Shown piece after piece: positions 15,352-26,257 of a stretch of 32,000 bases of DNA (the first letter of the stretch is position 1; the number at the start of each line of letters is the position of its first letter). Below the pieces are notes generated by a model. That model had not been told where the DNA came from and made no database searches. It was given only the letters and a program-made list of their open reading frames with translations. The DNA lies in assembly GCF_002310835.1 (NCBI RefSeq), contig NZ_CP011041.1:2910001-2942000 (forward strand). Reading direction: 5' to 3'. The position numbers and the translations under genes were made by a program. The stretch comes from Pseudoalteromonas tetraodonis (GTDB lineage Bacteria; Pseudomonadota; Gammaproteobacteria; Enterobacterales; Alteromonadaceae).

Positions 15352-15445
15352 TTTATAAGCTATCTATTTTTCACTAATTACTTTGCCATTGTTTTCCTTT
15401 ATTATGTATAGCTTGTAACTAATCACAGAGCATAAAGGTCGATAA

Positions 15446-17692
15446 ATGAGCAAAACCTGGGGCATTTTGATGCTAAGCGTACTGAGCGCACCATCGCTTG
15501 CCGAAACTGAACTGACACACAACTTTTGTGGCACTTCAATGCAAACCAGAGCTTGGCAACCGCTTGCTGGCCTTGAGCTTGGAACGGTTGATATCAGCGC
15601 TGATGACGTTGAGCTTTTAGGCACACAAAGCGCTGAATTTACTGGCAATGTTGATATTAACACCGTTAACATGAGTTTGTCCGCACAATCAGCACTGATT
15701 GATAAACAACGTGGCCTGCTTAATGCCACTGGCCCAATTACCTATCGCGATTATGTAAGCCACGTACAAAGTTCGGGCTTAAATGCCGATTTAAATAACT
15801 CAGCATTTAGTTTATTAGGCGCACAATACAGCCTAACACAACAACAAGGTAAAGGCGGCGCGGAAAAGCTCACCATCGATAAGTCTGGCTTAATGCTGAT
15901 GAATGCAAGCTTTACTGCGTGCCCAGGTAATACGCCTGTGTGGGCTATTGAAGCCGATGAAATAAACTTATCACGTGAAGAAGGCTGGGGCGAAACCTAC
16001 AATGCCGTGCTACGTATTTTAGATACGCCAGTACTCTATTTACCTTATTTTACTTTCCCACTCGATGAGCGCCGTAAGTCAGGCTTATTAACGCCCAGCT
16101 TTTCAAGTTCAGATCGCTATGGGTTAGAAACGATTACGCCTTATTATTGGAATATTGCCCCTAATTATGATGCCACTATTACCCCGCGTTATATGTCACG
16201 TAAAGGGCTACAGTTACAAACTGAATTTAGATATTTAACCCCAGAGCACCAAGGTTTAGTGGCTGTAGAATATTTAAATAATGATGACTCAGAGCCTGAA
16301 CTTAACGAGCGCTTTTTGTTTCATTGGCAACAAAAAAGTTATATTGGTGAAGACTGGCGAGCCAGTATTGATATTACCAATGTTAGTGATGACAACTACC
16401 TAACTGATTTAAACTCCGCTTATGCCAGTAAAACCGATACGCAGCTTTATCGCACCGGCTCGCTAACTCATATGGGCGAAATGTGGCGTACTGATATAAA
16501 AGTGCAAAACTTTGAAGTACTCGGTGACCACTTAGAATCATACACGGCGTTACCACAAATTAGCTTTACCCAAACTACCCCATGGAAAATTGATTATTTC
16601 GACTTTAGTGTTTCAGGCGAGCTGAGCCATTTTACTAACAGCTCTGCGGTAATTGACCAAGCTACTCGGGTGCACATCGAACCTAAAGCACGCTTTGATT
16701 ACAAAGAGTATGCCTGGTCATTTTTATCTGAAGTGAGCTTATTGCAAACTAACTATAAACAAGACGGTGATTTACAGGGTACACAGTATAGCGATAATGT
16801 TTCGCGTACTTTGCCTAAAGTGCGCTTATATTCTCAGCTTAACTTTGAGCGCGACACCTCAATTTTTATTGACGATGGTATTCAAACTCTAGAGCCACAA
16901 ATTCAGTATTTATATACGCCTAATAAAGATCAGTCTGACATTGGCTTATACGATACCACCAAGTTACAAGATGACTTTTTTGGTTTATTCAGGGATGCGC
17001 GTTTTTCAAGTGTTGACCGAATTGCCGCAGCTAATCAATTTACGCTCGGGGCTACAACGCGTTTATTTGATAAGAAAAATGAAGAAGTATTTAACTTCAG
17101 CGCAGGCCAAATATTTTATTTAAGTGATTCAGCCAAGCCTACAGAGCAAGGGCTTAATAGCGATAGTAACTACAATGCCTTGTTTGCAGCGCAAACCATG
17201 TTACATTGGCACCGCCGCTGGTATTTATCGGGTGGTATTCAGTACGACACGGATGGCAAGCAAATTATCCAGTCAAATTTAACCTTAGACTACAAAGGTG
17301 ACGATAATCAGCTGGTTCAATTGAACCATCGCTATGCAAATGATGTCTCAGGAAATACAATCGAGCAAGCGGGCTTATTTACAAGCATCCCTATCAGTGA
17401 CGAGTGGCAATTTATTGCAAGTTACCATCGCGATCTTGATAATAACCGCAGTATTGAAGTATTTAGTGGATTACAGTATGAATCGTGCTGTTGGGCGTTC
17501 CAAATTACTGGCCATCGCCAAATTGAAACTGATTTAAATCAGTCAATTGGGCAACCCCAAGCCACTTTTGATTCGAGTATTCGTTTGAATTTTGTATTAA
17601 AAGGGCTTGGTAGTAAAAGCCGTTACGATGCTCAAAAATTATTACAACAAGGTATTTTTGGTTATCGTAGGCCGTATTTTCTTAATGACTAA
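15446..17692 (+). CDS. lptD: LPS-assembly outer membrane protein LptD
   Basis: 748 aa with a signal peptide and a large beta-barrel sequence. It lies directly upstream of surA-pdxA-rsmA-apaG-apaH, as in enterobacteria and pseudomonads. Confidence 0.95.
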   Translation: MSKTWGILMLSVLSAPSLAETELTHNFCGTSMQTRAWQPLAGLELGTVDISADDVELLGTQSAEFTGNVDINTVNMSLSAQSALIDKQRGLLNATGPITYRDYVSHVQSSGLNADLNNSAFSLLGAQYSLTQQQGKGGAEKLTIDKSGLMLMNASFTACPGNTPVWAIEADEINLSREEGWGETYNAVLRILDTPVLYLPYFTFPLDERRKSGLLTPSFSSSDRYGLETITPYYWNIAPNYDATITPRYMSRKGLQLQTEFRYLTPEHQGLVAVEYLNNDDSEPELNERFLFHWQQKSYIGEDWRASIDITNVSDDNYLTDLNSAYASKTDTQLYRTGSLTHMGEMWRTDIKVQNFEVLGDHLESYTALPQISFTQTTPWKIDYFDFSVSGELSHFTNSSAVIDQATRVHIEPKARFDYKEYAWSFLSEVSLLQTNYKQDGDLQGTQYSDNVSRTLPKVRLYSQLNFERDTSIFIDDGIQTLEPQIQYLYTPNKDQSDIGLYDTTKLQDDFFGLFRDARFSSVDRIAAANQFTLGATTRLFDKKNEEVFNFSAGQIFYLSDSAKPTEQGLNSDSNYNALFAAQTMLHWHRRWYLSGGIQYDTDGKQIIQSNLTLDYKGDDNQLVQLNHRYANDVSGNTIEQAGLFTSIPISDEWQFIASYHRDLDNNRSIEVFSGLQYESCCWAFQITGHRQIETDLNQSIGQPQATFDSSIRLNFVLKGLGSKSRYDAQKLLQQGIFGYRRPYFLND

Positions 17693-17788
17693 ACTGCTTT
17701 ATTTATAGTAAAAATTTACAAATAACTATATCAATTTAGCCGTATTTAGCATTACAACAGTACTATTAGTAAGAGTAGTAAAAAGAAT

Positions 17789-19084
17789 ATGAATTTAAAA
17801 AAATTATTAACATCAGCAGTTTTAACGTTCAGCTTATGCCAAAGTGCATTTGCCGCCCCTGTCGAAATAGATAAAGTAATTGGTATTGTAAACCAAGGCG
17901 TTATTTTAAAAAGTGAAGTTGACACCATTGTTGATCGCGTAAAAAAACAAGCAGAAGAACAAAACCAACAGCTGCCAAAAGACGAAACACTGCGTGTTCA
18001 GGCGATTGAGCGTTTAGTAAATCAAACCTTGATGATGCAGATGGCTGAGCGTATGGGCTTAGAAATTTCAGATAGCCAGCTTGACCAAACCCTTGCCAAC
18101 ATGGCTAAAGAGCAAGGCGGTACAATTGCTGATTTGCGTCGTACTATTGAAGCATCGGGTGAGAGCTTTCAAGCTTACCGCGAAGAAATTCGTAAAGAGA
18201 TAACCACGCAACAAGTTACGCGTGCAAACGTAGACCGCCGTATATATGTAAGCGACCAAGAAATTGATAACCTACTAAAAATTATGGATAGCCAAGGCCA
18301 AAATGCCGAAGAATATGATATTGGTCATATTCTTATCGATATTCCAAGTGGTGCAAGTGCTGACGACGTAAGCTCAGCAAAAACACGCGCAGACAAAGTT
18401 ATTGAGCTGCTGCAAGACGGCCAAGAATTTAAGCGTATTGCCATTTCATCATCAAGTGGCTCAAAAGCCCTTGAGGGCGGCCAATTAGGCTGGATGGGCA
18501 TTAACGAAATGCCATCGTTATTTGCAGAAGCTGTAAAAGGTAAAAAGAAAGATGCGATTATTGGTCCACTTCGTTCCGGTGCGGGTTTCCACATCATTAA
18601 AGTACAAGACGTACGTGGCCGCCAAGTAGTAGAAACCACTGAAGTTAAATCTCGTCATATTCTTATTAAGCCTTCTATCATTTTAAGTGAAGAAAAAGCA
18701 CGCACTATGCTAGCAGGCTTTGTTAAAGATTTACGCGCCGGCGATGCTGACTTTGCAGAACTTGCTAAAGAGTACTCACAAGACCCCGGTTCAGCACTTA
18801 AAGGTGGTCAATACGATTGGACTGATCCAACCACCTACGTGCCTGCGTTTAGAGATACGTTACTATCACTTGATAAAAACGAAATCAGCGAACCATTTAG
18901 AAGTCAGTTTGGCTGGCACATTGTGCAGTTACTAGATAAACGTGTTGCAGATAAGACCGAGCAAGCTAAACGTAATCGTGCACATGGCATGTTGTTTAAT
19001 CGTAAATTTAAAGAGGAAAGCTTTAACTGGCAGCAAGAAATGCGCGAACAAGCCCATGTTGAAATTTTCCCAATAGACGAATAA
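17789..19084 (+). CDS. surA: Periplasmic chaperone / peptidyl-prolyl isomerase SurA
   Basis: A signal peptide and two parvulin domains are present (GGQLGWM..., [12 protein letters not shown]). The synteny is conserved. Confidence 0.95.
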   Translation: MNLKKLLTSAVLTFSLCQSAFAAPVEIDKVIGIVNQGVILKSEVDTIVDRVKKQAEEQNQQLPKDETLRVQAIERLVNQTLMMQMAERMGLEISDSQLDQTLANMAKEQGGTIADLRRTIEASGESFQAYREEIRKEITTQQVTRANVDRRIYVSDQEIDNLLKIMDSQGQNAEEYDIGHILIDIPSGASADDVSSAKTRADKVIELLQDGQEFKRIAISSSSGSKALEGGQLGWMGINEMPSLFAEAVKGKKKDAIIGPLRSGAGFHIIKVQDVRGRQVVETTEVKSRHILIKPSIILSEEKARTMLAGFVKDLRAGDADFAELAKEYSQDPGSALKGGQYDWTDPTTYVPAFRDTLLSLDKNEISEPFRSQFGWHIVQLLDKRVADKTEQAKRNRAHGMLFNRKFKEESFNWQQEMREQAHVEIFPIDE

Positions 19085-19086
19085 TT

Positions 19087-20079
19087 ATGACTTTAAGAAT
19101 TGCGGTAACCCCCGGAGAGCCTGCAGGCATTGGCCCAGACTTGCTATTAAAACTGGCACAGCATAGCTGGGATGCGCAACTAGTAGCGATTGCAGATGCA
19201 TCGCTACTAAAACAGCGCGCTAAGCATTTAGGTTTAAACATTGAATTAATTGAATTTGATGAACAAGCCAAAGCAATGCCAACAGCAGCAGGCAGCTTAT
19301 ATATTAAGCAGATTGATTTAGCAGAGCCCGTTGAGCTTGGCGTGCTTAATGACGCTAATGGGCAATACGTTTTAGATACATTACGTATTGCCAGCGAGAA
19401 GAATATGGATGGCACATTTGATGCCGTTGTTACGGGGCCTGTTCACAAGGGTATTATTAACCAAGCCGGCATTTCTTTTAGTGGCCATACTGAGTACTTT
19501 GCTCAGCAATCAGGTACTGCTGATGTGGTTATGTTATTAGCCACCGAAGGTCTGCGTGTTGCCCTAGTAACAACACATATTCCGCTTGCTTATGTTTCTC
19601 GTGCCATTACGCAAGAGCGACTAGTTAAAGTGGCTAATATTCTTAATCATGACTTGAAAACGAAATTTGGTATTGAGCAACCGCGTATTTTAGTCTGTGG
19701 CTTAAACCCGCACGCTGGTGAAGATGGCCATTTAGGCCGCGAAGAAATCGACACGATAACGCCTACACTTGACATACTAAGAGCTGAAGGGATGAACTTA
19801 ATCGGTCCTTTACCAGCAGATACATTATTTCAAGATAAATACCTAAATGAAGCCGATGCAGTACTGGCTATGTATCACGATCAGGGATTACCTGTGCTAA
19901 AATACAAAGGATTTGGTAAGTCAGTGAATATAACTCTTGGCCTTCCATTTATCCGCACTTCAGTCGACCACGGTACTGCGCTTGATTTAGCCGGTACAGG
20001 CGATGCTGATGTTGGCAGTTTTGAATTAGCGATCCGCGAAGCAATTAAGCTCGCCCATGAAAAAGCACAGAATCAATGA
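19087..20079 (+). CDS. pdxA: 4-hydroxythreonine-4-phosphate dehydrogenase PdxA
   Basis: [21 protein letters not shown] and SVDHGTA motifs are present. The length is 330 aa. Confidence 0.95.
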   Translation: MTLRIAVTPGEPAGIGPDLLLKLAQHSWDAQLVAIADASLLKQRAKHLGLNIELIEFDEQAKAMPTAAGSLYIKQIDLAEPVELGVLNDANGQYVLDTLRIASEKNMDGTFDAVVTGPVHKGIINQAGISFSGHTEYFAQQSGTADVVMLLATEGLRVALVTTHIPLAYVSRAITQERLVKVANILNHDLKTKFGIEQPRILVCGLNPHAGEDGHLGREEIDTITPTLDILRAEGMNLIGPLPADTLFQDKYLNEADAVLAMYHDQGLPVLKYKGFGKSVNITLGLPFIRTSVDHGTALDLAGTGDADVGSFELAIREAIKLAHEKAQNQ

Positions 20080-20882
20080 CCGATAAAGTACACTTAGGAC
20101 ACCGCGCCCGTAAACGTTTTGGCCAAAACTTTTTATTCGATGAGTCAATCATCGACAAAATCGTCACCGCTATCGATCCTAAACCGCAAGATAATTTAGT
20201 AGAAATTGGCCCAGGTCTAGGCGCTATTACCGAGCCTGTTGCCGATTTAAGTGGCCATTTAACGGTTGTTGAGCTAGATAAAGATTTAGCCCAGCGTTTA
20301 ATTGAACACCCATTTTTAGGGCCAAAATTAACCGTAAACCAAGGCGATGCAATGAAGTTTGATTTTGCAAGCCTAGTTAAAGATGACAAAAAACTAAAAG
20401 TATTCGGCAACCTGCCGTACAACATTTCAACGCCTTTGTTGTTTCACCTGTTTGAATTTGCCGATCATATTGAGCACATGCACTTTATGCTGCAAAAAGA
20501 AGTGGTAAAGCGCATGGTAGCAGGCCCTGGTAGTAAAACCTTTGGTCGCTTGAGTGTGATGACTCAGTATTATTGTCATGCGATGCCTGTGGTAGAGGTA
20601 CCGCCTGAATGCTTTAAACCGGCACCTAAAGTCGATTCTGCGGTTATTCGCTTAATCCCTAAAAAGGCACAGCAGCGTACCGCTAAAAGCGTTAAAATAT
20701 TAAACACCGTTTGTTTAGAAGCGTTTAATCAGCGCCGTAAAACGTTGCGTAACAGCCTTGGCAACCTTCTAACCGCTGACGAATTAACCAGCATTGGCAT
20801 TGATATTACTTTGCGAGCTGAGAGCCTGTCGTTACAACAATTTATTGATATAGCTAACTGGATTTATGACAACAAGCAGTAA
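20076..20882 (+). CDS. rsmA: 16S rRNA (adenine1518/1519-N6) dimethyltransferase RsmA/KsgA
   Basis: [19 protein letters not shown] and NLPYNISTP motifs are present. An ATGA overlap joins it to pdxA. Confidence 0.95.
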   Translation: MTDKVHLGHRARKRFGQNFLFDESIIDKIVTAIDPKPQDNLVEIGPGLGAITEPVADLSGHLTVVELDKDLAQRLIEHPFLGPKLTVNQGDAMKFDFASLVKDDKKLKVFGNLPYNISTPLLFHLFEFADHIEHMHFMLQKEVVKRMVAGPGSKTFGRLSVMTQYYCHAMPVVEVPPECFKPAPKVDSAVIRLIPKKAQQRTAKSVKILNTVCLEAFNQRRKTLRNSLGNLLTADELTSIGIDITLRAESLSLQQFIDIANWIYDNKQ

Positions 20883-21255
20883 TATAGGATCACCTGTAAA
20901 GGTATCTGTTGAAACGTTTTATGTAGAAGAGCAATCGCAACCTGAACTAGATAAGTTTGTGTTCGCCTACTCCGTTACTATAAAAAACCACAGTTTATGC
21001 AGTGCAAAGTTACTTAGCCGTTATTGGCTAATTACTGATGCCAATGGCAAAGAAGTAGAAGTGCAAGGCGAAGGTGTGGTCGGTGAAACCCCAGATATAG
21101 CCCCAGGTGAAAGCTACAAATATACCAGTGGTGCAATAATAGATACACCGGTAGGCACCATGCAGGGACATTACACTTTACGTAACGAGTTTGGTGCTGA
21201 ATTTAAAGCACCCATAAACGTATTCCGCTTAGCCTGTCCTAATATCTTACACTGA
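20866..21255 (+). CDS. apaG: ApaG (DUF525) protein
   Basis: 129 aa containing ...FAYSVTIKN...[13 protein letters not shown]...[11 protein letters not shown]. The position between rsmA and apaH is conserved. Confidence 0.9.
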   Translation: MTTSSNIGSPVKVSVETFYVEEQSQPELDKFVFAYSVTIKNHSLCSAKLLSRYWLITDANGKEVEVQGEGVVGETPDIAPGESYKYTSGAIIDTPVGTMQGHYTLRNEFGAEFKAPINVFRLACPNILH

Positions 21256-21270
21256 CAAAAACAGGTAACA

Positions 21271-22089
21271 ATGGCCGACTACGCGATAGGTGATTTACAA
21301 GGCTGCTTTGACGAATTTAGTTTATTGTTAAAGCAAGTCGACTTTAACCCTAGCAAAGATCACTTATATTTAGTGGGTGATATTGTCGCTCGCGGCCCAG
21401 ACTCTAAAGCGTGCCTTGATTATATTTATCAACATCAAGACAGCGTTAGCGTCACATTAGGCAATCATGACTTACACATGATTGCCTGTTATTTAAATAA
21501 TGTTACACCTAACCCCAAAGACAGACTCACTGCACTGTTTAACAGTAGTAAACTGCCCCACTACATCGCGTTTTTACAAACTCAGCCTTTAGCACTTTAT
21601 TTAGAACAATATAATTGTTTTATTTCTCATGCAGGCCTTAACCCTGATTGGTCGTGCGCACACGCTATTAAACACGCTCAATTTGCTCAACAGTGTTACA
21701 GTCAAAACAATGCCGAGTTCTATTTTAAAAACATGTATCAGCCTCACCCGCTAAAATGGACTGAGCAACTTGATGATGCTGCTAAATTTCGTTACATCGT
21801 TAATTATTTCACTCGCATGCGCTTTATTACGCCTGATAATTTGCTCGATTTTAATGCAAAAGAAGCAACAACAAATTCATCATCACTAATTCCTTGGTTT
21901 TCTCATCCTGCCATTATGAACGCTCAACATGACCTAATTTTTGGACACTGGGCAGCACTTGAAGGCAAAACGCCCTACAACCACCTTTATGCTCTAGACA
22001 CGGGTTGCGTATGGGGTGGCTCAATGACACTAATAGAACTGCAAAGTAAGCAAAAATTTTCAGAAAAATCACAACTTTTGTCTAAATAA
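21271..22089 (+). CDS. apaH: Bis(5'-nucleosyl)-tetraphosphatase (symmetrical) ApaH
   Basis: The MADYAIGDLQGCFDEF, GDIVARGP, GNHD and GHWA metallophosphatase motifs are present. Confidence 0.93.
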   Translation: MADYAIGDLQGCFDEFSLLLKQVDFNPSKDHLYLVGDIVARGPDSKACLDYIYQHQDSVSVTLGNHDLHMIACYLNNVTPNPKDRLTALFNSSKLPHYIAFLQTQPLALYLEQYNCFISHAGLNPDWSCAHAIKHAQFAQQCYSQNNAEFYFKNMYQPHPLKWTEQLDDAAKFRYIVNYFTRMRFITPDNLLDFNAKEATTNSSSLIPWFSHPAIMNAQHDLIFGHWAALEGKTPYNHLYALDTGCVWGGSMTLIELQSKQKFSEKSQLLSK

Positions 22090-22332
22090 ACTGAAAAAAG
22101 TTAATACATCTGTTAAGTTTAAGAGTGGATGTTAAATTGTATAATTACAAAACATTCACAATAATGTGTAAAAAATAGCAATGCTCTTATAATTGAGTTA
22201 AACATAGACAGTAAACGAGTGTTATTGCCTACATTATTTTTTATCTTTAATAAAAGACTTAGTTTGTAATTAAGTTTTGCGGTAAATTTAGCAACTAACT
22301 ATTAACAGTAAAAATTAATTATTTTTAATTAC

Positions 22333-22359
22333 TTAACTTATTGTTGAAAGCGCCGATAA
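22333..22359 (+). promoter_or_regulatory. Putative sigma-28 (FliA) promoter upstream of the chemoreceptor gene
   Basis: TTAACTTA, an 11-nt spacer, then GCCGATAA, compared with the consensus TAAAGTTT-N11-GCCGATAA. The -10 element matches 8/8 and the -35 element 5/8. It lies about 23 nt upstream of the first ATG. Confidence 0.5.
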
Positions 22360-22381
22360 GTTTTAATAGACGTATTTTTGA

Positions 22382-24409
22382 ATGGAAAACCATATGAATC
22401 TAACAGTGAGTCAACGTATTTGGGGTGGTTTTATATTTATCACTTTATTACTTTTAATTATTGGCGGTAACTCTTTAATAAAAATAGCAAATATAGATCG
22501 TTCAACTCAAAAAGTTAATCAGCTATCGCTTCCTGCATTAAACAAGAGCGCTCAGTTACAAGCAGAATTTATTTTGATGAGTAAAGCCGCTCAAGCTAGT
22601 TTCCATATAACATCGGCTCAAGAACTCGCCACGTTAAAAGCGCAAATAGAAGAGCAAAAACAAATATTTAATAAATTGCACCGCGAACTACAACAAGTTG
22701 TTAAAGACGATCCACAGTTAAACAAAAGCAGCCTTGAAGTTGAAAAAACCTACCAGAGCTTTTCAAATATCATAAACAGCCTGCTTAAAGATAAAAACAC
22801 CCAGCTAGTGCTTAACAAAAAGCTCAAAGCTCAATTAGAAACCGTTGAGCTTGCGGCAGAAGATGCAAACTCTATGGTGCTTGATATTATTGATATTGAT
22901 GGTTTAGAGGATAATCATCCACGCGCTTATCAAGCAGCTAATAATCTAGAAAATAACTTTATGTCCGTGGTTACCAGCAGCACCGACATGCTAACCGTTA
23001 AAACGCTTAACACGCTCGATATTATCAAAAACGAGCAAGTGTATTACTTTGAAGAAGTCGTTCGTACCGTTTCATTAATAAAGCCGGCGATAGAGCAAAG
23101 TCACAGCAGCTTGTTTAATGACTTAAAGGGTTATGTAGATACCCTAGAGAGCAATATTTTAGGTAACGATAGCCTTTCAGCTAATAAAAAACGCCTTATT
23201 GACGCAATAAGCACAACCGAGCGTGAATTAGCAGAGTCTGAAAAAGCGACTAAAACAGCGCTTAGCCAAATTGACGAATTAGTATTACAAGCCAGTGGCG
23301 TTGCATTTACATTACAAGAAGGCGTACGTAGTGACGTAAACTCAGCTAATTTATGGACATGGATAGGTATGATCATTGCGACTATTATCGCTGTGCTTGT
23401 AGCCATCATTACTGTTAACCGTATTACTAAGCCATTAGCGGAAGTAAATCGTATTCTAGATATTGTTGCAAGTGGTGATATGACTCAACGCTTAGATGAC
23501 AGCGCAAAAGATGAATTTGGTGAGTTATCGAAAAGTTGTAATACCTTAATTGATAGCTTACGTAGCTTAATCACCGGTATTATTTCACGTTCAACACAAC
23601 TTGCAGCCGCTTCTGAGCAAACCTCAACAATTACCGGTGAATCAAGCAAAGCAATCAGTAATCAGCAAGCGCAAGTAGAGCAAGCAGCAACCGCAACCAC
23701 TGAAATGAGCAGCACATCACAAACAGTGAGTAATAGTGCGCAACAAGCACTGAGCGAAATTAAAAATGCCGATAAAGAAGCGGAGCGCGTTAAAGGTATT
23801 TCAAATCAAAATAAAGCAACCATTGAGCAACTCGCCTACGAAGTAGACGAAGCATCAAGTGTTATCAATAAACTACACAAAGATAGCGCATCAATTGGTA
23901 GTATTTTAGATGTTATTCGCGGTATTGCCGAGCAAACTAACTTACTCGCACTTAATGCAGCGATTGAAGCCGCTCGTGCCGGAGAGTACGGCAGAGGCTT
24001 TGCTGTGGTAGCTGATGAAGTAAGATCGCTTGCGAGTAAAACACAAGAGTCGACCCAAGAAATTCAATCTATGATTGAATCACTACAGTCGGGCGCTGAA
24101 GAAGCGGTTAAAGCTATGGAAAAAGGTAAAGAACGCGCGGTTTCGTGTGTTGAGCAAAGTGACTTAGCCAACAGTGCACTGGACTCAATTACCCTTGCAG
24201 TATCACAAGCGCATAATGTCAGTGAAGAGATATCAACAGCAGCACAAGAGCAACAACAAGTATCACAAGAGATCAGTGAGCGCTTAGAGTCTATTGTTGC
24301 TATTGCCGAGCAAACAGCAGAAGGCGCTGTACAAACGAATATTTCAAGTTCAGAAGTGGCTAAATTAGCCGAAGAACTAAGAATATCAGTAGAGAACTTT
24401 AAAGTATAA
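22382..24409 (+). CDS. Methyl-accepting chemotaxis protein
   Basis: An N-terminal TM segment, a periplasmic helical domain of about 300 aa, a second TM segment and a HAMP domain are present. The conserved signalling hairpin is also there ([37 protein letters not shown]). An alternative start exists at 22394. Confidence 0.9.
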   Translation: MENHMNLTVSQRIWGGFIFITLLLLIIGGNSLIKIANIDRSTQKVNQLSLPALNKSAQLQAEFILMSKAAQASFHITSAQELATLKAQIEEQKQIFNKLHRELQQVVKDDPQLNKSSLEVEKTYQSFSNIINSLLKDKNTQLVLNKKLKAQLETVELAAEDANSMVLDIIDIDGLEDNHPRAYQAANNLENNFMSVVTSSTDMLTVKTLNTLDIIKNEQVYYFEEVVRTVSLIKPAIEQSHSSLFNDLKGYVDTLESNILGNDSLSANKKRLIDAISTTERELAESEKATKTALSQIDELVLQASGVAFTLQEGVRSDVNSANLWTWIGMIIATIIAVLVAIITVNRITKPLAEVNRILDIVASGDMTQRLDDSAKDEFGELSKSCNTLIDSLRSLITGIISRSTQLAAASEQTSTITGESSKAISNQQAQVEQAATATTEMSSTSQTVSNSAQQALSEIKNADKEAERVKGISNQNKATIEQLAYEVDEASSVINKLHKDSASIGSILDVIRGIAEQTNLLALNAAIEAARAGEYGRGFAVVADEVRSLASKTQESTQEIQSMIESLQSGAEEAVKAMEKGKERAVSCVEQSDLANSALDSITLAVSQAHNVSEEISTAAQEQQQVSQEISERLESIVAIAEQTAEGAVQTNISSSEVAKLAEELRISVENFKV

Positions 24410-24416
24410 ATATCGC

Positions 24417-24446
24417 GCTGTAAGTAGCCTTAGAGCTACTTACAGC
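24417..24446 (+). other. Perfect 12-bp hairpin just after the chemoreceptor stop codon, with no T-tract
   Basis: GCTGTAAGTAGC cttaga GCTACTTACAGC, followed by tcatac. It could be a U-tract-less terminator or an RNA-stability element. Confidence 0.4.
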
Positions 24447-24715
24447 TCATACCCTAGTAAGTCAGCGTAAAGCCCCCTTATTCCTCTTCAGGCATACTTA
24501 AACAGCTCATCCGCACTCTAAATCAACAACACCAAACGACTTAGCCCGTAAAGTCATTTAATGCTCATACTCTTTATGTTTTTTAGTTATAAACAACTGA
24601 TGCAATTATCTACGGAATAATTCGTGGTGCTTAACAAAAGCCAATTAGCGATTTAATTCAATGGGTATCATTACGGTGATATGGTTTCGGTGGATGATAG
24701 AGCAGATTTTAAAAA

Positions 24716-24744
24716 CAAAAAACCCAGCATAAGCTGGGTTTTTA
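24716..24744 (-). terminator. Rho-independent terminator after rpmG, with T-tracts on both strands
   Basis: aaaaaACCCAGC ataa GCTGGGTttttt. The minus strand reads the stem followed by TTTTTTGTTTTT. Confidence 0.75.
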
Positions 24745-24765
24745 CATTTCTGAAAGAAAACTAAA

Positions 24766-24921
24766 TTACTTGATTTTAGCTTCTTTGAAAATCACATGTT
24801 TACGAGCCTTAGGATCGAATTTTTTGATTTCCATTTTTTCAGGCATGTTACGCTTGTTCTTGTCGGTAGTGTAGAAAAAACCAGTACCAGCAGTTGAAAC
24901 TAAACGGATCTTATCGCGCAT
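24766..24921 (-). CDS. rpmG: 50S ribosomal protein L33
   Basis: This ORF is not in the track because it is under 60 aa. My hand translation is [51 protein letters not shown]. It lies directly downstream of rpmB. Confidence 0.95.
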   Translation of the reverse strand: MRDKIRLVSTAGTGFFYTTDKNKRNMPEKMEIKKFDPKARKHVIFKEAKIK

Positions 24922-24932
24922 AATTCAGTTCC

Positions 24933-25169
24933 TTAAACTTTTTCGCCACGAGCACGGATTTCAGTAAGAACCGTGTCAATGCCTTTTTTATCGATAATAC
25001 GCATACCTTTAGTAGTAGTGCGTAATGTTACAAAACGTTTTTCACTTTCAACCCAAAAACGGTGTGTTTGTAGGTTAGGTAGGAAACGACGTTTAGTCGC
25101 GTTTCTCGCGTGTGAACGGTGGTTACCAACCGCTGGACGCTTACCTGTAACTTGACATACTTTAGACAT
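24933..25169 (-). CDS. rpmB: 50S ribosomal protein L28
   Basis: [34 protein letters not shown]..., 78 aa. I chose the ATG at 25169 with GGAG upstream rather than the track start at 25220. Confidence 0.95.
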   Translation of the reverse strand: MSKVCQVTGKRPAVGNHRSHARNATKRRFLPNLQTHRFWVESEKRFVTLRTTTKGMRIIDKKGIDTVLTEIRARGEKV

Positions 25170-25441
25170 GTCTATATATCTCCAATAACTTCGCTCGAGC
25201 TTAATTTTCCCTAAGGCCATGTATTTGTGCCCTAGAGATAAATCGAAGGGCGCTCTTTATACAGCTTTTACAGGCAAAGATCAAATACTGATCTTATCCA
25301 ACCAGCTCATGTGTAAATTTGATAGCGGCTAATTATAAAGATCGAATGCCCTTAGGGAAAGTAAAAACTGCATTTAAATTAAACTAATTTGCCAAAACGC
25401 ACTAAACCGCTCATTTTTAGCACATATCTGAAGCGATAAAC

Positions 25442-26116
25442 TCAAATCAGTCCCCGTTCGGCAAACGAAACACTGCTTTCACCACCAATAATAATATGAT
25501 CCAACACATTTATGTCGACTAATTGCAGTGCTTGGCACAACTTATTGGTAATGAGCTTATCGGCCTGACTCGGTTCTGCAATACCACTGGGGTGATTATG
25601 TGAAAAAATCACCGCCGCCGCATTATTTTTCAGTGCCGCCTTTACCACTTCACGCGGATATACACTGGCCGCATTAATTGTGCCGTAAAATAATATTTCA
25701 TCTTTTAATAAACGATTTTGACTATCAAGGTACAACACCATAAATACCTCTTGCTGCAATCCACGCATTTGCAGCGTTAAATAGTCATAAACGGCTTGTG
25801 GAGAGTTAAAAACGGCGTCGCGTACAAAGCCTTCTTGCATGTAACGCTGGCTTAGCTCAAGTACTGCTTGTAGCTGAACATATTTAGCCATTCCCAAGCC
25901 TTTTTGCGCACAAAACTCATCTATGCTGGCATTAAACAAATTATGCAGGGTTTTATTTTCGTTGATCAGATGCTGCGCCAACTCTATGGCATTCATGCCG
26001 GGTAGGCCCGTGCGCAAAAATATAGCTAATAGTTCAGCATCAGAGAGTGCCTTTGCGCCCTTTTCTAGCAGTTTTTCTCGCGGGCGGAGCGAATTAGGCA
26101 GTGACGTTAATTGCAT
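25442..26116 (-). CDS. radC: RadC/YicR family JAB-domain protein
   Basis: N-terminal LRPREKL...LSDAELLAIFLRTG and the JAMM motif SHNHPSG...PSQAD are present. The position upstream of rpmB-rpmG is conserved. Confidence 0.9.
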   Translation of the reverse strand: MQLTSLPNSLRPREKLLEKGAKALSDAELLAIFLRTGLPGMNAIELAQHLINENKTLHNLFNASIDEFCAQKGLGMAKYVQLQAVLELSQRYMQEGFVRDAVFNSPQAVYDYLTLQMRGLQQEVFMVLYLDSQNRLLKDEILFYGTINAASVYPREVVKAALKNNAAAVIFSHNHPSGIAEPSQADKLITNKLCQALQLVDINVLDHIIIGGESSVSFAERGLI

Positions 26117-26257
26117 GATTCATCCTTGAAAGGTTACTGTACTGTATAACTGTAATGCAAAATCAAAAATTAGCGCGATAAAACGCATTTTATCTTAGCT
26201 GTCACGCTCAAGATTTGTTATTTTAGCCACCATATTTTATAAAATTGATGAACAACC

